Source of the DNA: an uncultured Pseudomonadota bacterium
GTDB lineage: Bacteria; Myxococcota_A; Polyangia; Fen-1088
Direction of reading: 5' to 3'
Length of the DNA stretch: 64,000 nt
Assembly: GCA_963778795.1 (NCBI GenBank)
Contig: CAVZVU010000001.1
Span: 1,777,574 to 1,841,573, forward strand
This document shows positions 32,828 through 44,600 of this stretch, one piece after another (the first letter of the stretch is position 1; each line of letters begins with the position of its first letter). A program made the translations under genes and the position numbers. The notes under the pieces are model-generated. The model was not told the origin of the DNA and made no database searches. It saw only the letters and a program-made list of their open reading frames with translations.

Positions 32828-35800
32828 TCAGGGGGCGGGCTTGGCCCCGCCGGGCCGCGCCTCCCCCGCAGGCGTCGAGGCCGGCGCGCCGGCGTGTCTA
32901 GCGCCGCCGGGGCCCGTCTCGGCCGCGCCCAGCGCGGCCATCATCCGCCGGAACAGGCTTCTGAAGCGCCGACGCCGTAGAAATCCCACCGGGAGCAGCG
33001 ACGAAACGATCAGCCAGCCGTTGCGCCGAACGAAATCCAGTGCAGCCAGCACCGGACTTGCCTCCAGGCGAATCGCGCCGATCGCGCCGTCGGCCCGCAA
33101 CAGCGACAGCTCCGCGCCACCGGGAGCGCTGTGAATCATGAAGTCGACGCGCGCCAGGCAGATCGGATCGCGGCAGGAAAAGCGCAGCGGGATCTCGCTG
33201 GCGATCGCCCCGTGCAGATCGACCTGAGTCTCTGTCGATGGTAGCAACCGGATGTCTTCCGGTCCGCTGCGGCCCGCGCAGGAGGTTCTCGTCGCTAGCA
33301 ACGTCACCGGCGCCCCATCGAAGATCGCCGCGGGGAGATCCAGCCGGTACGAGCAAGCGACGTCGTCGATGGTGATCGACCTACGCGCCACGCGTGCCAT
33401 CAGCTGGGTCGGCACCCGCCAAATTACGATCGCCGCCGCGACGACACAGGCCCAGATGAGGGCGTCGGGGACGGCGCGCCGTGGTGACTCCGGCGGCGGC
33501 TCGACGTTGCGCAGGATCCAGCGGCGCGCCAACGGGACGGCGATCCGTTCCCGCCCCCGGTCGCGTTCGATCAGCTGCAGCTGCTGGCAGCGCAGGAACG
33601 CGCGTTCCAGCTCTCCCGGTGGCGTGGTCGCTTCCCGCGGGACGCCGCGCATCGCGTGCACGGGGTTCCGAGGGGCGTCGCGCGCCACGATCGCCAGCAG
33701 CTTACGCTCGACCAGCGTCAGCCAGGCGAATCCGTCGAAGAGGCGCTGATCGGACGCCAGGGTGTCGAGCGCACTTTCGATGTCGGCGCGGGCGCCACTC
33801 ATAGCTCGCCGCCCCGCCGACTCGGTCGCCGCTGCGTGGTACCGGGCGGCGATCAGGCTGCAGAGCTTGCGAACCAGATCGATGTTGCCGTGGCACTCGC
33901 GTAGGATCCGTCGCATCATCCGCCGCGAGAACGCGAAATTGAGCTGCGTGCCGATCTGATTGACCAGTTCCTCGCCGAAGAGTGCATCGATTCCCCCGAT
34001 GCGCACCAGCGTGACCTTGTCGTAGAGGGGGTTTCTCCAGCCGTCGATCTCGGGCAGTTTCAGCAGGTAGGTGTGGACACCCGAGAGGAGCAGCCGCGCA
34101 CGCTTCGCGGCCAGAACCTCGGCCAGGAAGTCGAGAAACGCGCGGCAGGGCTCCGACTGGCGCTGCCCGTCAGCGCAACCGGCGATGATCCAGTCGACGT
34201 CCTCCAGCACCAGAACGACGCGGTGGTTCACCTCGTGCGGCTCGGGGCCGCGGAAGGACACGTCGCCCGCACGAATGGCGCGCCACCGGTCGGTCTTGGG
34301 CAGTCCCGCCAGCGGTATCGCCTTGGCCAGCTGGGTCGCGAAGGCTCCGAGGCGGCCGCTGAAGGCTCGGCCGCTTATCGTCTCGAAGACGGTGTCCTCG
34401 ACGCTGTACTCGGCTTGAGCGATCAGGCTGGTCTTTCCCGCGCCCGGCAACCCCGACAACAGCACTCCCGACCCCGGCTGGGCCAGCGCGCGGACGATGT
34501 CGCGCTGCTCGGCGCCCATGCCGATGTAGCGCTCCGGTTCGACGACGCCGCCCTTGTGGGTCGAATGAAATTCAATGAACCGGCTCTCGAACCATTTCCT
34601 CTCGCGGCGCTCGCCCAAGGCCCGCCGGATGTCGACGACCCAGCAGGGGACCACCAGCGCGTTGAACGCGCGTTCGAGATGAATCAGGCGTTCGCGCGCC
34701 CCTTTGCCCAGCGTGTCGAAGTCGGCTATGGCGAGCACGATCTTGCGCCGTTCCCGATCGAACCGGCGCAGCTTGGCGACCAGCGGCGACGCGCACGAGA
34801 GGAACGTCCTGGTCCCTAGCGGCGCGCCCTCGCCGATCTGGTTGCTTTCCGAGAGAAACACCGCCAGGAACTGATCGCTCGTGTGCTGCGAGAACTGGGG
34901 ATCGCTCAGCTCGACGACCCCGTCGCCGCCGGAGAGGACCCTCCCGAACAGGGAGGTCAGGAAGCGCGTGATGTCGGCGGTGTAGCTACTCAGGTGGTTG
35001 GGCACCGGGCCGATGACCGGCGCGGCAGGGCGGGGAGCCGCCTTCGCGCTCTCTACGTCGACCAGGTTCGCGCCCGGGATCACCATCGTCGCGCCCAGCG
35101 GGCGCCGCGCGAGGTCGGGACCCGAAGGTGAGGGGAGGGCGCGGCCGACCGGTGACGCCGCCGACGACGAGGCGAGCGGGGCGAAGAACCGCGGCTCACC
35201 CTTGCCCCAGGCCTCGCGCGTCGCGGACGAGGCAAAGGGCAACAGCGCGTCGGCGAAATCGGAGACCCGGGCGTAGCGACGTTGCGGTTCGTATTCCAGC
35301 GCACACAGGAGCCGGTTCTCGAGCTCTGCCGAGATCTCTTTCCGGTACAGCGTTGGGGGATCGATCGCACGGGACGCGATCCGCCGCAGGATCTCGTCGC
35401 CGCTGGTTCCACCGTGGACCGGCCGCCCCGTGAGGCATTCGATAGCGACCAGCGCCAGGTTGTACTGGTCGGTGCGCTCATCGATGTGTGGTGATCCGGC
35501 GGCCTGCTCGGGTGACATGTACGCGAGCGTGCCCATCGCGTCCATGCGCATGGTGCGCTCGACGCCCGCCGGTTGAGCCTCCCGCACCTTCGAGATCCCG
35601 AAGTCCAGCACCTTGGGCACCAGCACGCCGTCGCGCTGGACCACGACGATGTTGCCCGGCTTGATGTCCCGGTGAATGACCCCGACGGCGTGGCCCGCCA
35701 TGACAGCGGAGAAGACCGGCAGCAGAAGGTCGATCGTGAATTCGATCGACTTCAGGCCGTCCTGGACGAAGATCCGGTCGAGCGTCCGGCCCAGAAGCAG

Positions 35801-36136
35801 CTCCATCGCGATGAAGTGGTTGCCGTGCTCGTGGCCGGCGTCGTAAATCTCGACAACGTTGGGGTGCTTGATGCGCGAGGCGGCGACCCCCTCCAGCCGG
35901 AACCGGTCGATTGCTTGCGGCTGGATCAGGGATGGCGACAGCACCTTCAGCGCGACGTCGCGGTCCAGCTGGCGATGATGCGCCCGGTACACCGACCCCA
36001 TGCCGCCGGTGCCGATGTGGCCCAGGATCTCGTACGCCCCGAAGATGGTTCCGGGCTCGAATGCCGAAGGCCACCCCGGACCAGTATCGCCAGCCTCCAC
36101 GCACCCGATGCAATCGCAGGAGACTCGACGTGTCAA
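32828..36136 (-). CDS. Ser/Thr protein kinase fused to P-loop NTPase (AAA/STAND-like) regulatory region, PknK-type architecture; intact 1102-aa ORF
   Basis: Hanks kinase motifs GTGGMGSVYRA...ALKVL, HRDIKPGNIVV, DFGISK, AYMSPEQ. Then Walker A LLSGLPGAGKTSLIAQ and Walker B-like RVVLVLEDVDWI, a long helical C-terminus with a hydrophobic segment (LIWACVVAAAIVIW) and an Arg-rich tail. No frameshift, in contrast to neighbouring genes. Confidence 0.85.
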   Translation of the reverse strand: MTRRVSCDCIGCVEAGDTGPGWPSAFEPGTIFGAYEILGHIGTGGMGSVYRAHHRQLDRDVALKVLSPSLIQPQAIDRFRLEGVAASRIKHPNVVEIYDAGHEHGNHFIAMELLLGRTLDRIFVQDGLKSIEFTIDLLLPVFSAVMAGHAVGVIHRDIKPGNIVVVQRDGVLVPKVLDFGISKVREAQPAGVERTMRMDAMGTLAYMSPEQAAGSPHIDERTDQYNLALVAIECLTGRPVHGGTSGDEILRRIASRAIDPPTLYRKEISAELENRLLCALEYEPQRRYARVSDFADALLPFASSATREAWGKGEPRFFAPLASSSAASPVGRALPSPSGPDLARRPLGATMVIPGANLVDVESAKAAPRPAAPVIGPVPNHLSSYTADITRFLTSLFGRVLSGGDGVVELSDPQFSQHTSDQFLAVFLSESNQIGEGAPLGTRTFLSCASPLVAKLRRFDRERRKIVLAIADFDTLGKGARERLIHLERAFNALVVPCWVVDIRRALGERRERKWFESRFIEFHSTHKGGVVEPERYIGMGAEQRDIVRALAQPGSGVLLSGLPGAGKTSLIAQAEYSVEDTVFETISGRAFSGRLGAFATQLAKAIPLAGLPKTDRWRAIRAGDVSFRGPEPHEVNHRVVLVLEDVDWIIAGCADGQRQSEPCRAFLDFLAEVLAAKRARLLLSGVHTYLLKLPEIDGWRNPLYDKVTLVRIGGIDALFGEELVNQIGTQLNFAFSRRMMRRILRECHGNIDLVRKLCSLIAARYHAAATESAGRRAMSGARADIESALDTLASDQRLFDGFAWLTLVERKLLAIVARDAPRNPVHAMRGVPREATTPPGELERAFLRCQQLQLIERDRGRERIAVPLARRWILRNVEPPPESPRRAVPDALIWACVVAAAIVIWRVPTQLMARVARRSITIDDVACSYRLDLPAAIFDGAPVTLLATRTSCAGRSGPEDIRLLPSTETQVDLHGAIASEIPLRFSCRDPICLARVDFMIHSAPGGAELSLLRADGAIGAIRLEASPVLAALDFVRRNGWLIVSSLLPVGFLRRRRFRSLFRRMMAALGAAETGPGGARHAGAPASTPAGEARPGGAKPAP

Positions 36137-36161
36137 CCAGCGCGCGTCGAGCCCCCGGACG

Positions 36162-36452
36162 CTCCCGACACCGCTCCCAGGTTGATCTCCGGTCCCGACA
36201 CCGCACCCAGGTTGATCTCCGAGGCGGTCGCACGAAAGAACCGTCCGTCCGGACGGCCACTGTCCCGAATCCGGTCGGGCAGCGACGAGGAATCAACCGC
36301 TTAGGTGGATTCGTTCGTCCACTGGTCCAGACACGATCCGTGCCATACCTCGGAGCGACCTGGCTCGGAAATCAACCTGGGAGCGGCCGCACGAGCGGAA
36401 ATCAACCTGGGAGCGGCCGCACGCGCTGAAATCAACCTGGGAGCGGCGCACG
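36162..36452. repeat. inverted arrays of direct repeats: 2 x 29-bp (36162-36220) and 3 x 30-bp (36367-36452) sharing an inverted 20-bp core CCGCTCCCAGGTTGAT(C/T)TCC
   Basis: Left copies: tcccgacaccgctcccaggttgatctcc and ggtcccgacaccgcacccaggttgatctcc. Right copies: ggaaatcaacctgggagcggccgcacgagc x3. The reverse complement of the right core equals the left core. ~145-bp unique spacer. Located between the MFS gene stop (36480) and the kinase gene start (36136). Confidence 0.8.
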
Positions 36453-36479
36453 GGATCAAGAACCGGTGGCCGCAGGCGC

Positions 36480-37685
36480 CTAGTGAACACCGTCCTCGCG
36501 GGTCCTCACCGCTCGGAATTGGAACAGCAGCAGGAGATCGTAGACCGCTTTGAGCGCTCCCCCGATGACCAGGGGCCAACCGAAGGTCGTCTTCTCGAGA
36601 AGCACGCCGGTGATGAGGGGGGCGAGCCCGGCCGCCAGGCTGCGGGGCACGTTCGTCACGCTCGATGCGGCCGCGCGTTCTTCGGGCGGTACGACTGCCA
36701 TCACGAACGCCTGCCGGGCCGGGACGTCCATCTGGGAGACTGCCATCCGGAGGAGGAGGCAGGCGATGCTGAGTGGCGCGTTCGGCATCAGCGCCGCGAG
36801 GATCAGGAACAGGTTGGCGGGCAAGTGCGTGTAGACCATCGTCCGGATGAGGCCGATTCGGGCCGCCACGCGCGGCGACAGCACCTGGGAGAACGCGCTC
36901 AGGGTGCCGGCGACGAAGAACACCGCCGCGGTCGTCCGCTCGTCGAGGTGGAACCGGCGGTAGAGCCAGAGGACGAGCAGCGACTGGACGACGAAACCGC
37001 CGCCGAAGGAGTCGAGGCTGAACAGCGCCGCCAGGCGCAGCACGATGGCGCGTGACTCCGCCAGCGGACGCCCGGCCCGCTTCGCCGGATGGACCTCCAG
37101 CGCGGGCGAGAGCTGGGCGTAGATGATCGCTGCGACGATCGCGCACAGGGCGTAGAACACGAACACGCCTCGCTGCGCCCTGAGGAGCGCCACACCCCAG
37201 TGAGAGGCGACGAACGCCGGCACCCCGCTGGCAAGCGCGCCCACCGCCCCCGCCAGCGAGCCGACCAAGTTGTACCAGGCGAAGGCCATCGTCCGCGCGG
37301 GGCCGCTGACCGTGTGGGCGAGCGCAGCCTGCTCCGTTGGTAGGAACAGGCTGACGTCGCCGGAGGAAGGGTTCAGGGTTCCAGCGACCGCCACGACCAT
37401 CAGCGGCCAGAACGTCGTGAGCCCGGCAAAGCCGATCCCCGTGAGGAGCATCAGCGCCGCGGCGCCGAGCAGGATTCGCCGGCGCGAGAGACGGTAGCCG
37501 AGCAGCCCGACGCCGAGCGTGACGGCCGCCGAGCCCAGCAGGGTTCCGGTGACCAGCGCACCAACCTGGATCGCGCCGAACCCGAGCCCGGTCAAGTATG
37601 TGGCGAGAGCTATGCTGACGACGCCGTCGGCCAAGCCGCGGATGCCCCGCGTGAGGAAGACCTTGCGCGCGTCGGTCAACGCCAC
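36480..37685 (-). CDS. MFS transporter (12 TM)
   Basis: 401 aa with MFS-like hydrophobic periodicity (GIRGLADGVVSIALATYL...; ...FLILAALMPNAPLSIACLLLRMAVSQMDVPARQAFV). Intact ORF. Confidence 0.75.
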   Translation of the reverse strand: MALTDARKVFLTRGIRGLADGVVSIALATYLTGLGFGAIQVGALVTGTLLGSAAVTLGVGLLGYRLSRRRILLGAAALMLLTGIGFAGLTTFWPLMVVAVAGTLNPSSGDVSLFLPTEQAALAHTVSGPARTMAFAWYNLVGSLAGAVGALASGVPAFVASHWGVALLRAQRGVFVFYALCAIVAAIIYAQLSPALEVHPAKRAGRPLAESRAIVLRLAALFSLDSFGGGFVVQSLLVLWLYRRFHLDERTTAAVFFVAGTLSAFSQVLSPRVAARIGLIRTMVYTHLPANLFLILAALMPNAPLSIACLLLRMAVSQMDVPARQAFVMAVVPPEERAAASSVTNVPRSLAAGLAPLITGVLLEKTTFGWPLVIGGALKAVYDLLLLFQFRAVRTREDGVH

Positions 37686-37837
37686 CTCGACAGCTTACTT
37701 GCCCCCAAGACACCGCCGCGACACATCGCGGCCTTGCGGTCGCCACCCCGTTGAAGATTCGTCACTTTGGCAGGCGTATCCCCGGACTCTGCGCGCAAAG
37801 CCGGCACTTCGTGCGATGGCATGATCGTCGCAAAAAG

Positions 37838-38498
37838 ACCGGGTGACATGAAAACCATCACGCCCCGGCGCATCCGCCTCGCGTGCGCAGTGCTCATGAC
37901 CCTCATCGCGCTGCCTGCGCAGGCCCAAGAGGCCATCGCCGCCCCGCCCGACCCCGCCCTATCTGTTCGTCTGCGCGCGATGTTGCCGGTGACCAGTTTC
38001 ATGAACATCAACGCGGGCGGAACCGGCAGCCAGATTGGAGTCGGCGTCGCTGGGTTGTCGTTCGGTGCCGAGCTCTGGCACCTCTGGGCGGTCGAGGCGG
38101 GAGCGGGCGCGTGGTTCACGTCAATCTACGGGTTGGATACCGACCTCTTTGTGCGCTCCGGGGTTGCCCCGAGGATCGCCGATTGGCGGGGCCCGGATGG
38201 TCACGGATGGACGCTGCAATGCGATGCGCTCGCCGGATTCCGGCAGCAGAGCCGTTTCTTGTCGCCGGACGGACACGATGGCACCGAGGAGACCGAAGGC
38301 GTCACCGGCAACGTCGGCTTCGAGTGGGCGCGCTTCTCCTCTTCCCGGGGGGCATTGGTCCTTCGCCTGTTGACCGGGGTGACGGTGCCGGTGACGCAGA
38401 CGAGAACTGGCTACTGGGCGTCCCACAACTACATCGATCCCGCCGCCGACCTGCGATACCTGGTCGATCTGACGTTCACCGTCGGCGTCGCGTTCTGA
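37838..38498 (+). CDS. small outer-membrane beta-barrel protein (OmpA/OmpW-like barrel)
   Basis: Signal peptide MKTITPRRIRLACAVLMTLIALPAQAQEA, amphipathic strands, C-terminal ...DLTFTVGVAF. Confidence 0.6.
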
Positions 38499-38697
38499 GA
38501 CCGCCGCCACCCTCGGTTTCCCCCGGAACCGGGCCGACCCGAGTCCCCGCCTGAGCCGGGCCTCCGGCGCAGGACGCCAGGTAGCTCGAAATGCTGGGGC
38601 ATCTCACGCCGCATCGCATATCAAGCGACGTGCAGGTGACCTCGCAGGCCTGTCTTAAAAGGCGCCAGTGTGGTAACAACCTGAAGGGTTAAACGTC

Positions 38698-40569
<1,872 letters not shown>

Positions 40570-40593
40570 CCGACGACCGGGCCGCGCGCGGCG

Positions 40594-41626
40594 GTGCGCA
40601 CAGGCATGTCGCGGCGTGGTCGCGCTGCTGGTCGTGGCGGCGCTGGTCGTGTCGCGCGTCGGCCACGCCGCGCCGGAGTCCAAGAAGGATCAGAAGACGG
40701 CGGCGAAGAGGATGCTGCTCGAAGGGGCCGAGCTGGTGAAGCGCGGCGACTACGAGGGAGCCCTGGTGCGCTTCAAAGCAGCCTACGATCTCGTCCCCAG
40801 CCCCAAGATCCAGTACAACCTGGGCATCGCCTACATGGGCCTCGAGCGCAACGACGAGGCCTTCGAGGCCTTCCAGACGTTCCTGGGTGATGCGAGCGAA
40901 GCCAGCACGGAGACGATCACCAAGGCGCGCCTTTACAAGGAAAGCCTGCTGCTCAAGGTCTGCCGCCTCACCGTCCGCTCGGACGTGCCCGGAGCGACGA
41001 TCACCCTGGACGGACGCCAGCGTGGCTCCACCCCGCGGGTCGGGGAGATCCTGATCAACGCCGGGACCCACTCGTTGGTGGTTGCCAAGGACGGCGTGGG
41101 CACCGCGTTCACGAAATGGTTCGACGCCAACGCCGGGAGCCTGCTGACGATCGATGCGAACCTTCTGCCGCCGCAGGCGGCTCCGCCACCCCTCGCCCCG
41201 GCGCTCACCGTGGCCAAGGATCCCGACCTGGCCGCCAGCGCCGCCCCGCCGGCACCCTCGCCCCACCGATGGGTCAAGGGTGCGGGATTCGCCACCGGCG
41301 CCCTGGCAGTGGTGGCGCTCGGCTTCGGAACGGTCGAGTGGGTGATCAAGGAGCTGCGTTTTCGGGACTTCAACAGCCGCCACTGCGACAAGTCGATGGA
41401 CAATTTCGGCGGCGATGGGTGCACGCCGCTCTACAACGAAGGCACCAGCGCGAAGAAACTCGGCTACGTCGGCTTCGCCGCGGCGGGTGTCCTCGGCGCG
41501 GCCTCGACCGTCTTCTTCGTCGTCAGCAGCCACCCCAGCGCCGCCGCCCCCGAAGAGCGCTCACTCTCGTTCGCCTGCGCGCCCAGCCTGACCATGCCGG
41601 GCGCCGCCTGTCGCCTCACCTTCTGA
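40594..41626 (+). CDS. TPR + PEGA domain protein (secreted/membrane); N-terminal frameshift ~40603
   Basis: ATG at 40594, then after a 1-nt shift a signal peptide RRVVALLVVAALVVSRVGHA. TPR-like region (AAKRMLLEGAELVKRGDYEGALVRFKAAYDLVPSPKIQYNLGIAYMGLERNDEAFEAF), PEGA (LTVRSDVPGATITLDGRQRGSTPRV...SLVVAKDG) and a C-terminal TM. Confidence 0.65.
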
Positions 41627-41647
41627 GCACCGCCGGGCGCCCGGCCC

Positions 41648-44600
41648 CTATTGCCCCAGACCGGTGAGCATGATCGAAGGGAATCCGCCGGCGGTGGCGC
41701 TCACCTCCAGCGACGCCGTGCTCTGGACAGCGAGGCTGGGCAGGAACTGAACGTGAATCAGGCAGGTTTCGTTCTGGGCCAGCGCGGTCACCCCACCCAC
41801 GCAGTCGCCGTCATGGGGCACGATGGTGAAGTCGGCGTTGGGCGAGGCGAGGGTCACCGCGATCGGGGTGCTGGTCTGCTGGCCCGTGTTGGTGACGATG
41901 AACGCCTGCTCCACGGTCATCCCGATGGGAACCATGCCGAAGTCGATCGAGGACCCCGTATTGGGCGCCAACGTCAGCGCTGCTGGCGTCAGCGCGTTCG
42001 CTGACGCCGTGAAGGTCACCGATCCGCCCGTCGTCGCGGCCAGCGTCAGCATTCCGCTGCGCGCGCCCGCCGCCGATGGAGTGAACGAGACCTGAATCGT
42101 GCAGCTCGCGCCGCCCGGGAGCCCTACGGTGCAGTTGTTCTGACTGAAGGAAATCTCCCCAGGATCTCCGTTGGACAGCACGGGCGCGCTCGTTGCCAGG
42201 TCGCCCATGTTGATGACGGTCCAGGTCACCGGCATGCTGGGCGTGCCGACGACCGGCGTCAAGAAGTCGTGGCTGGTCGTGCCGGTCAGCAGCGCGGGGC
42301 GTTGGCCGGTGCCCGACAAGGACAGCGCTATCGCGTCGGTCCCGATGGCGGCGCTCGCGTTCAATGATGTGGTCTGCAGCCCCGAGCCCGGCGCCGTGAA
42401 GCTGACCTGAATCGTGCAGCTCAAGCCGCCCCCGAGCGAGCTGGGGGCGGTGGGACAATCCCCTGGGCCCGGCGTGACCAGCGCAAAGCCGAAGCCCGCC
42501 GCGGCCGACAGCGACACGGTCACCGCCGTGGCGGTCTGCTGGCCCGTGTTGGTGAGGACGAACGTCTGCGTCACCGTCGACGCGACCGGCACGTTGCCGA
42601 AGCTGGCCGAGGATCCGGTCGCGGGCGCCAGCGCCAGCGCCGCCGGCGTCTGGCCGGTCGCATTCGCGGTGAAGGTCAATGATCCGCCCGGTGACGCGGC
42701 CAGCGTTAGCGTGCCGCTGCGCGCCCCTGCCTGGGCCGGGCTGAACGACACGACGATGGCGCAGCTCGCCCCGCCCGCCAGCGCCACTGTGCAGTTGTTC
42801 GAGGCGACCAGCACCTCCCCAGGATCCCCGTTGGTCAGCGTCGGCATCCCGGTGGGAACGTCGCCGCCGTTGGTCACGGTCCAGGTCAGGCTGTCGCTGG
42901 TCGCGCCGACGACCAGCGTCCCGAAGTTGTTGCTGGTCATCCCGGTCAGCACCGCCGGGCGCTGGCCGGTGCCCGAGAGCGACAGCGGGGCGGCGGTGCC
43001 GCCGACCGCGGCGCTCGCGCCCAGCGCCGCCATCTGCAGGCCCGGCCCCGGCGCGGTGAACCTCACATGGATGGTGCAGCTCGCGCCGCCCGCCAGCGGG
43101 GCGGGCGTCGCGGGGCAATCCCCCGTGACCGGCGGGACCAGCGCAAACCCCGAAGTCGCGGCCGTGGTCAGCGTGACTGTCGCCACCCCCGTCGCCTGCT
43201 GGCCAGTGTTGGTGAGCACGAAGGCCTGCGTCACCGCCGCACCCACCAGCACGTTGCCAAACCCGGTCGAGGATCCGGCCGCGGGCGCCAAGGCGAGACC
43301 GGCCGCCGTCTGTCCGGTCGCGCTCGCGGTGAAGGTGACTGAGCCGCCCGGCGTCGCGGCCAGCGTCAGCATCCCGCTGCGTGCGCCCGCCGCCGCCGCG
43401 CTGAACGAGACCGCGATGGTGCAGCTGGCCCCGGGCGCAAGCGCCGCTGTGCAGGTGTTCCCGCTGACCAGCACCTCGCCCGGATCCCCGTTGGCCAGCG
43501 CCGGCACGCCCGTCGGAACGTCGCCGCCGTTGGTCACGGTCCAGGGCACACTCCCGCTGGTCGCGCCGACGACCACCGTTCCGAAGTTGTTGCTGCTGGT
43601 GGTGGCGGTCAGCAGCGCGGGGCGCTGGCCATTGCCGGAGAGCGACAAGCCGGGAGCGGTCCCGCCGACGCTGGCGGACGCGCCCAGCGTCGCCGTCTGC
43701 AGTCCCGCGCCCGGCGCGGTGAACTGCACATGGATGGTGCAACTGGCGCCGCCCGCCAGCGGCGCGGGAGTCGAGGGGCAATCCCCCGCGATCGGCGCCG
43801 CCAGCACGAAGCCAGAGGTCGCGGCGGTGGTCAGCGACACGGTCACCGCCGTCGTCGCCTGCTGGCCGGCGTTCGTCAGCACGTAGGCCTGCGTCGCCGT
43901 CGATCCGACCAGCACGTTGCCGAAGCTGGTCGAAGACCCGACCGCGGGCGCCAGGACCAACCCCGCGGCGGTCTGTCCCGTGGCGCTGGCGGTCAGGGTC
44001 ACCGTGCCGCCTGGAGATGCCGTCAGGGACAAGGTCCCGCTGCGCGCTCCCGCCGCCGACGGACGGAAGGAGACGCTGATCGTGCACTGACCGCCGCCGG
44101 GAATCGCCACGGTGCAGTTGTTCGCTCCGACGATGAGCTCGGGCTGGTTGCCATTGGTCAGCGCCGGTATGCCGGTCGCGGCGTCGCCGGCGTTGCTGAT
44201 CGTCCAGGTGAAGGCGCCGCTGGTCGCGCCGACGACAACCGTGCCGAAGTTGTTGGTGGTGGTGCCCGAGAGCGCCGCCGGGCGCTGGCCGTTGCCCGAC
44301 AGAGACAGCGGCGGGGCGGTGCCGCCGACGGTGGCGCTTGCACCGAGGGTCGCGGTTTGCAGTCCCGCGCCCGGCGCGGTGAACCTCACGTGGATGGTGC
44401 AGCTGGCGCCGCCCGCGAGCGTCGTGGTCGTGGTGCAGTCGCCGGTGACCGGCGCGACCACCGCGAAGCCGGAGGTTGCGGCGGTGGTCAACGTCACCGT
44501 CACCGCCGTCGTCGCCTGTTGGCCGGTGTTGGTGAGGACGAATGTCTGCGTGCCGGTGGCCCCCACCAGCACGTTACCGAAGCTGGCCGACGAGCCGGTC

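Noticed and set aside
32828-36136. Kinase–NTPase as an Avs/STAND-type antiphage defence protein
   Set aside because: Architecture is equally typical of PknK-like regulatory kinases abundant in Myxococcota and Actinobacteria; no nuclease/TIR/Sir2 effector and no defence-island neighbours. Kept as a regulator.
36367-36452. Possible CRISPR array (3 × 30-bp direct repeats)
   Set aside because: Repeats are contiguous with no spacers, only three copies, and an inverted copy set lies 145 bp away; no cas genes nearby.
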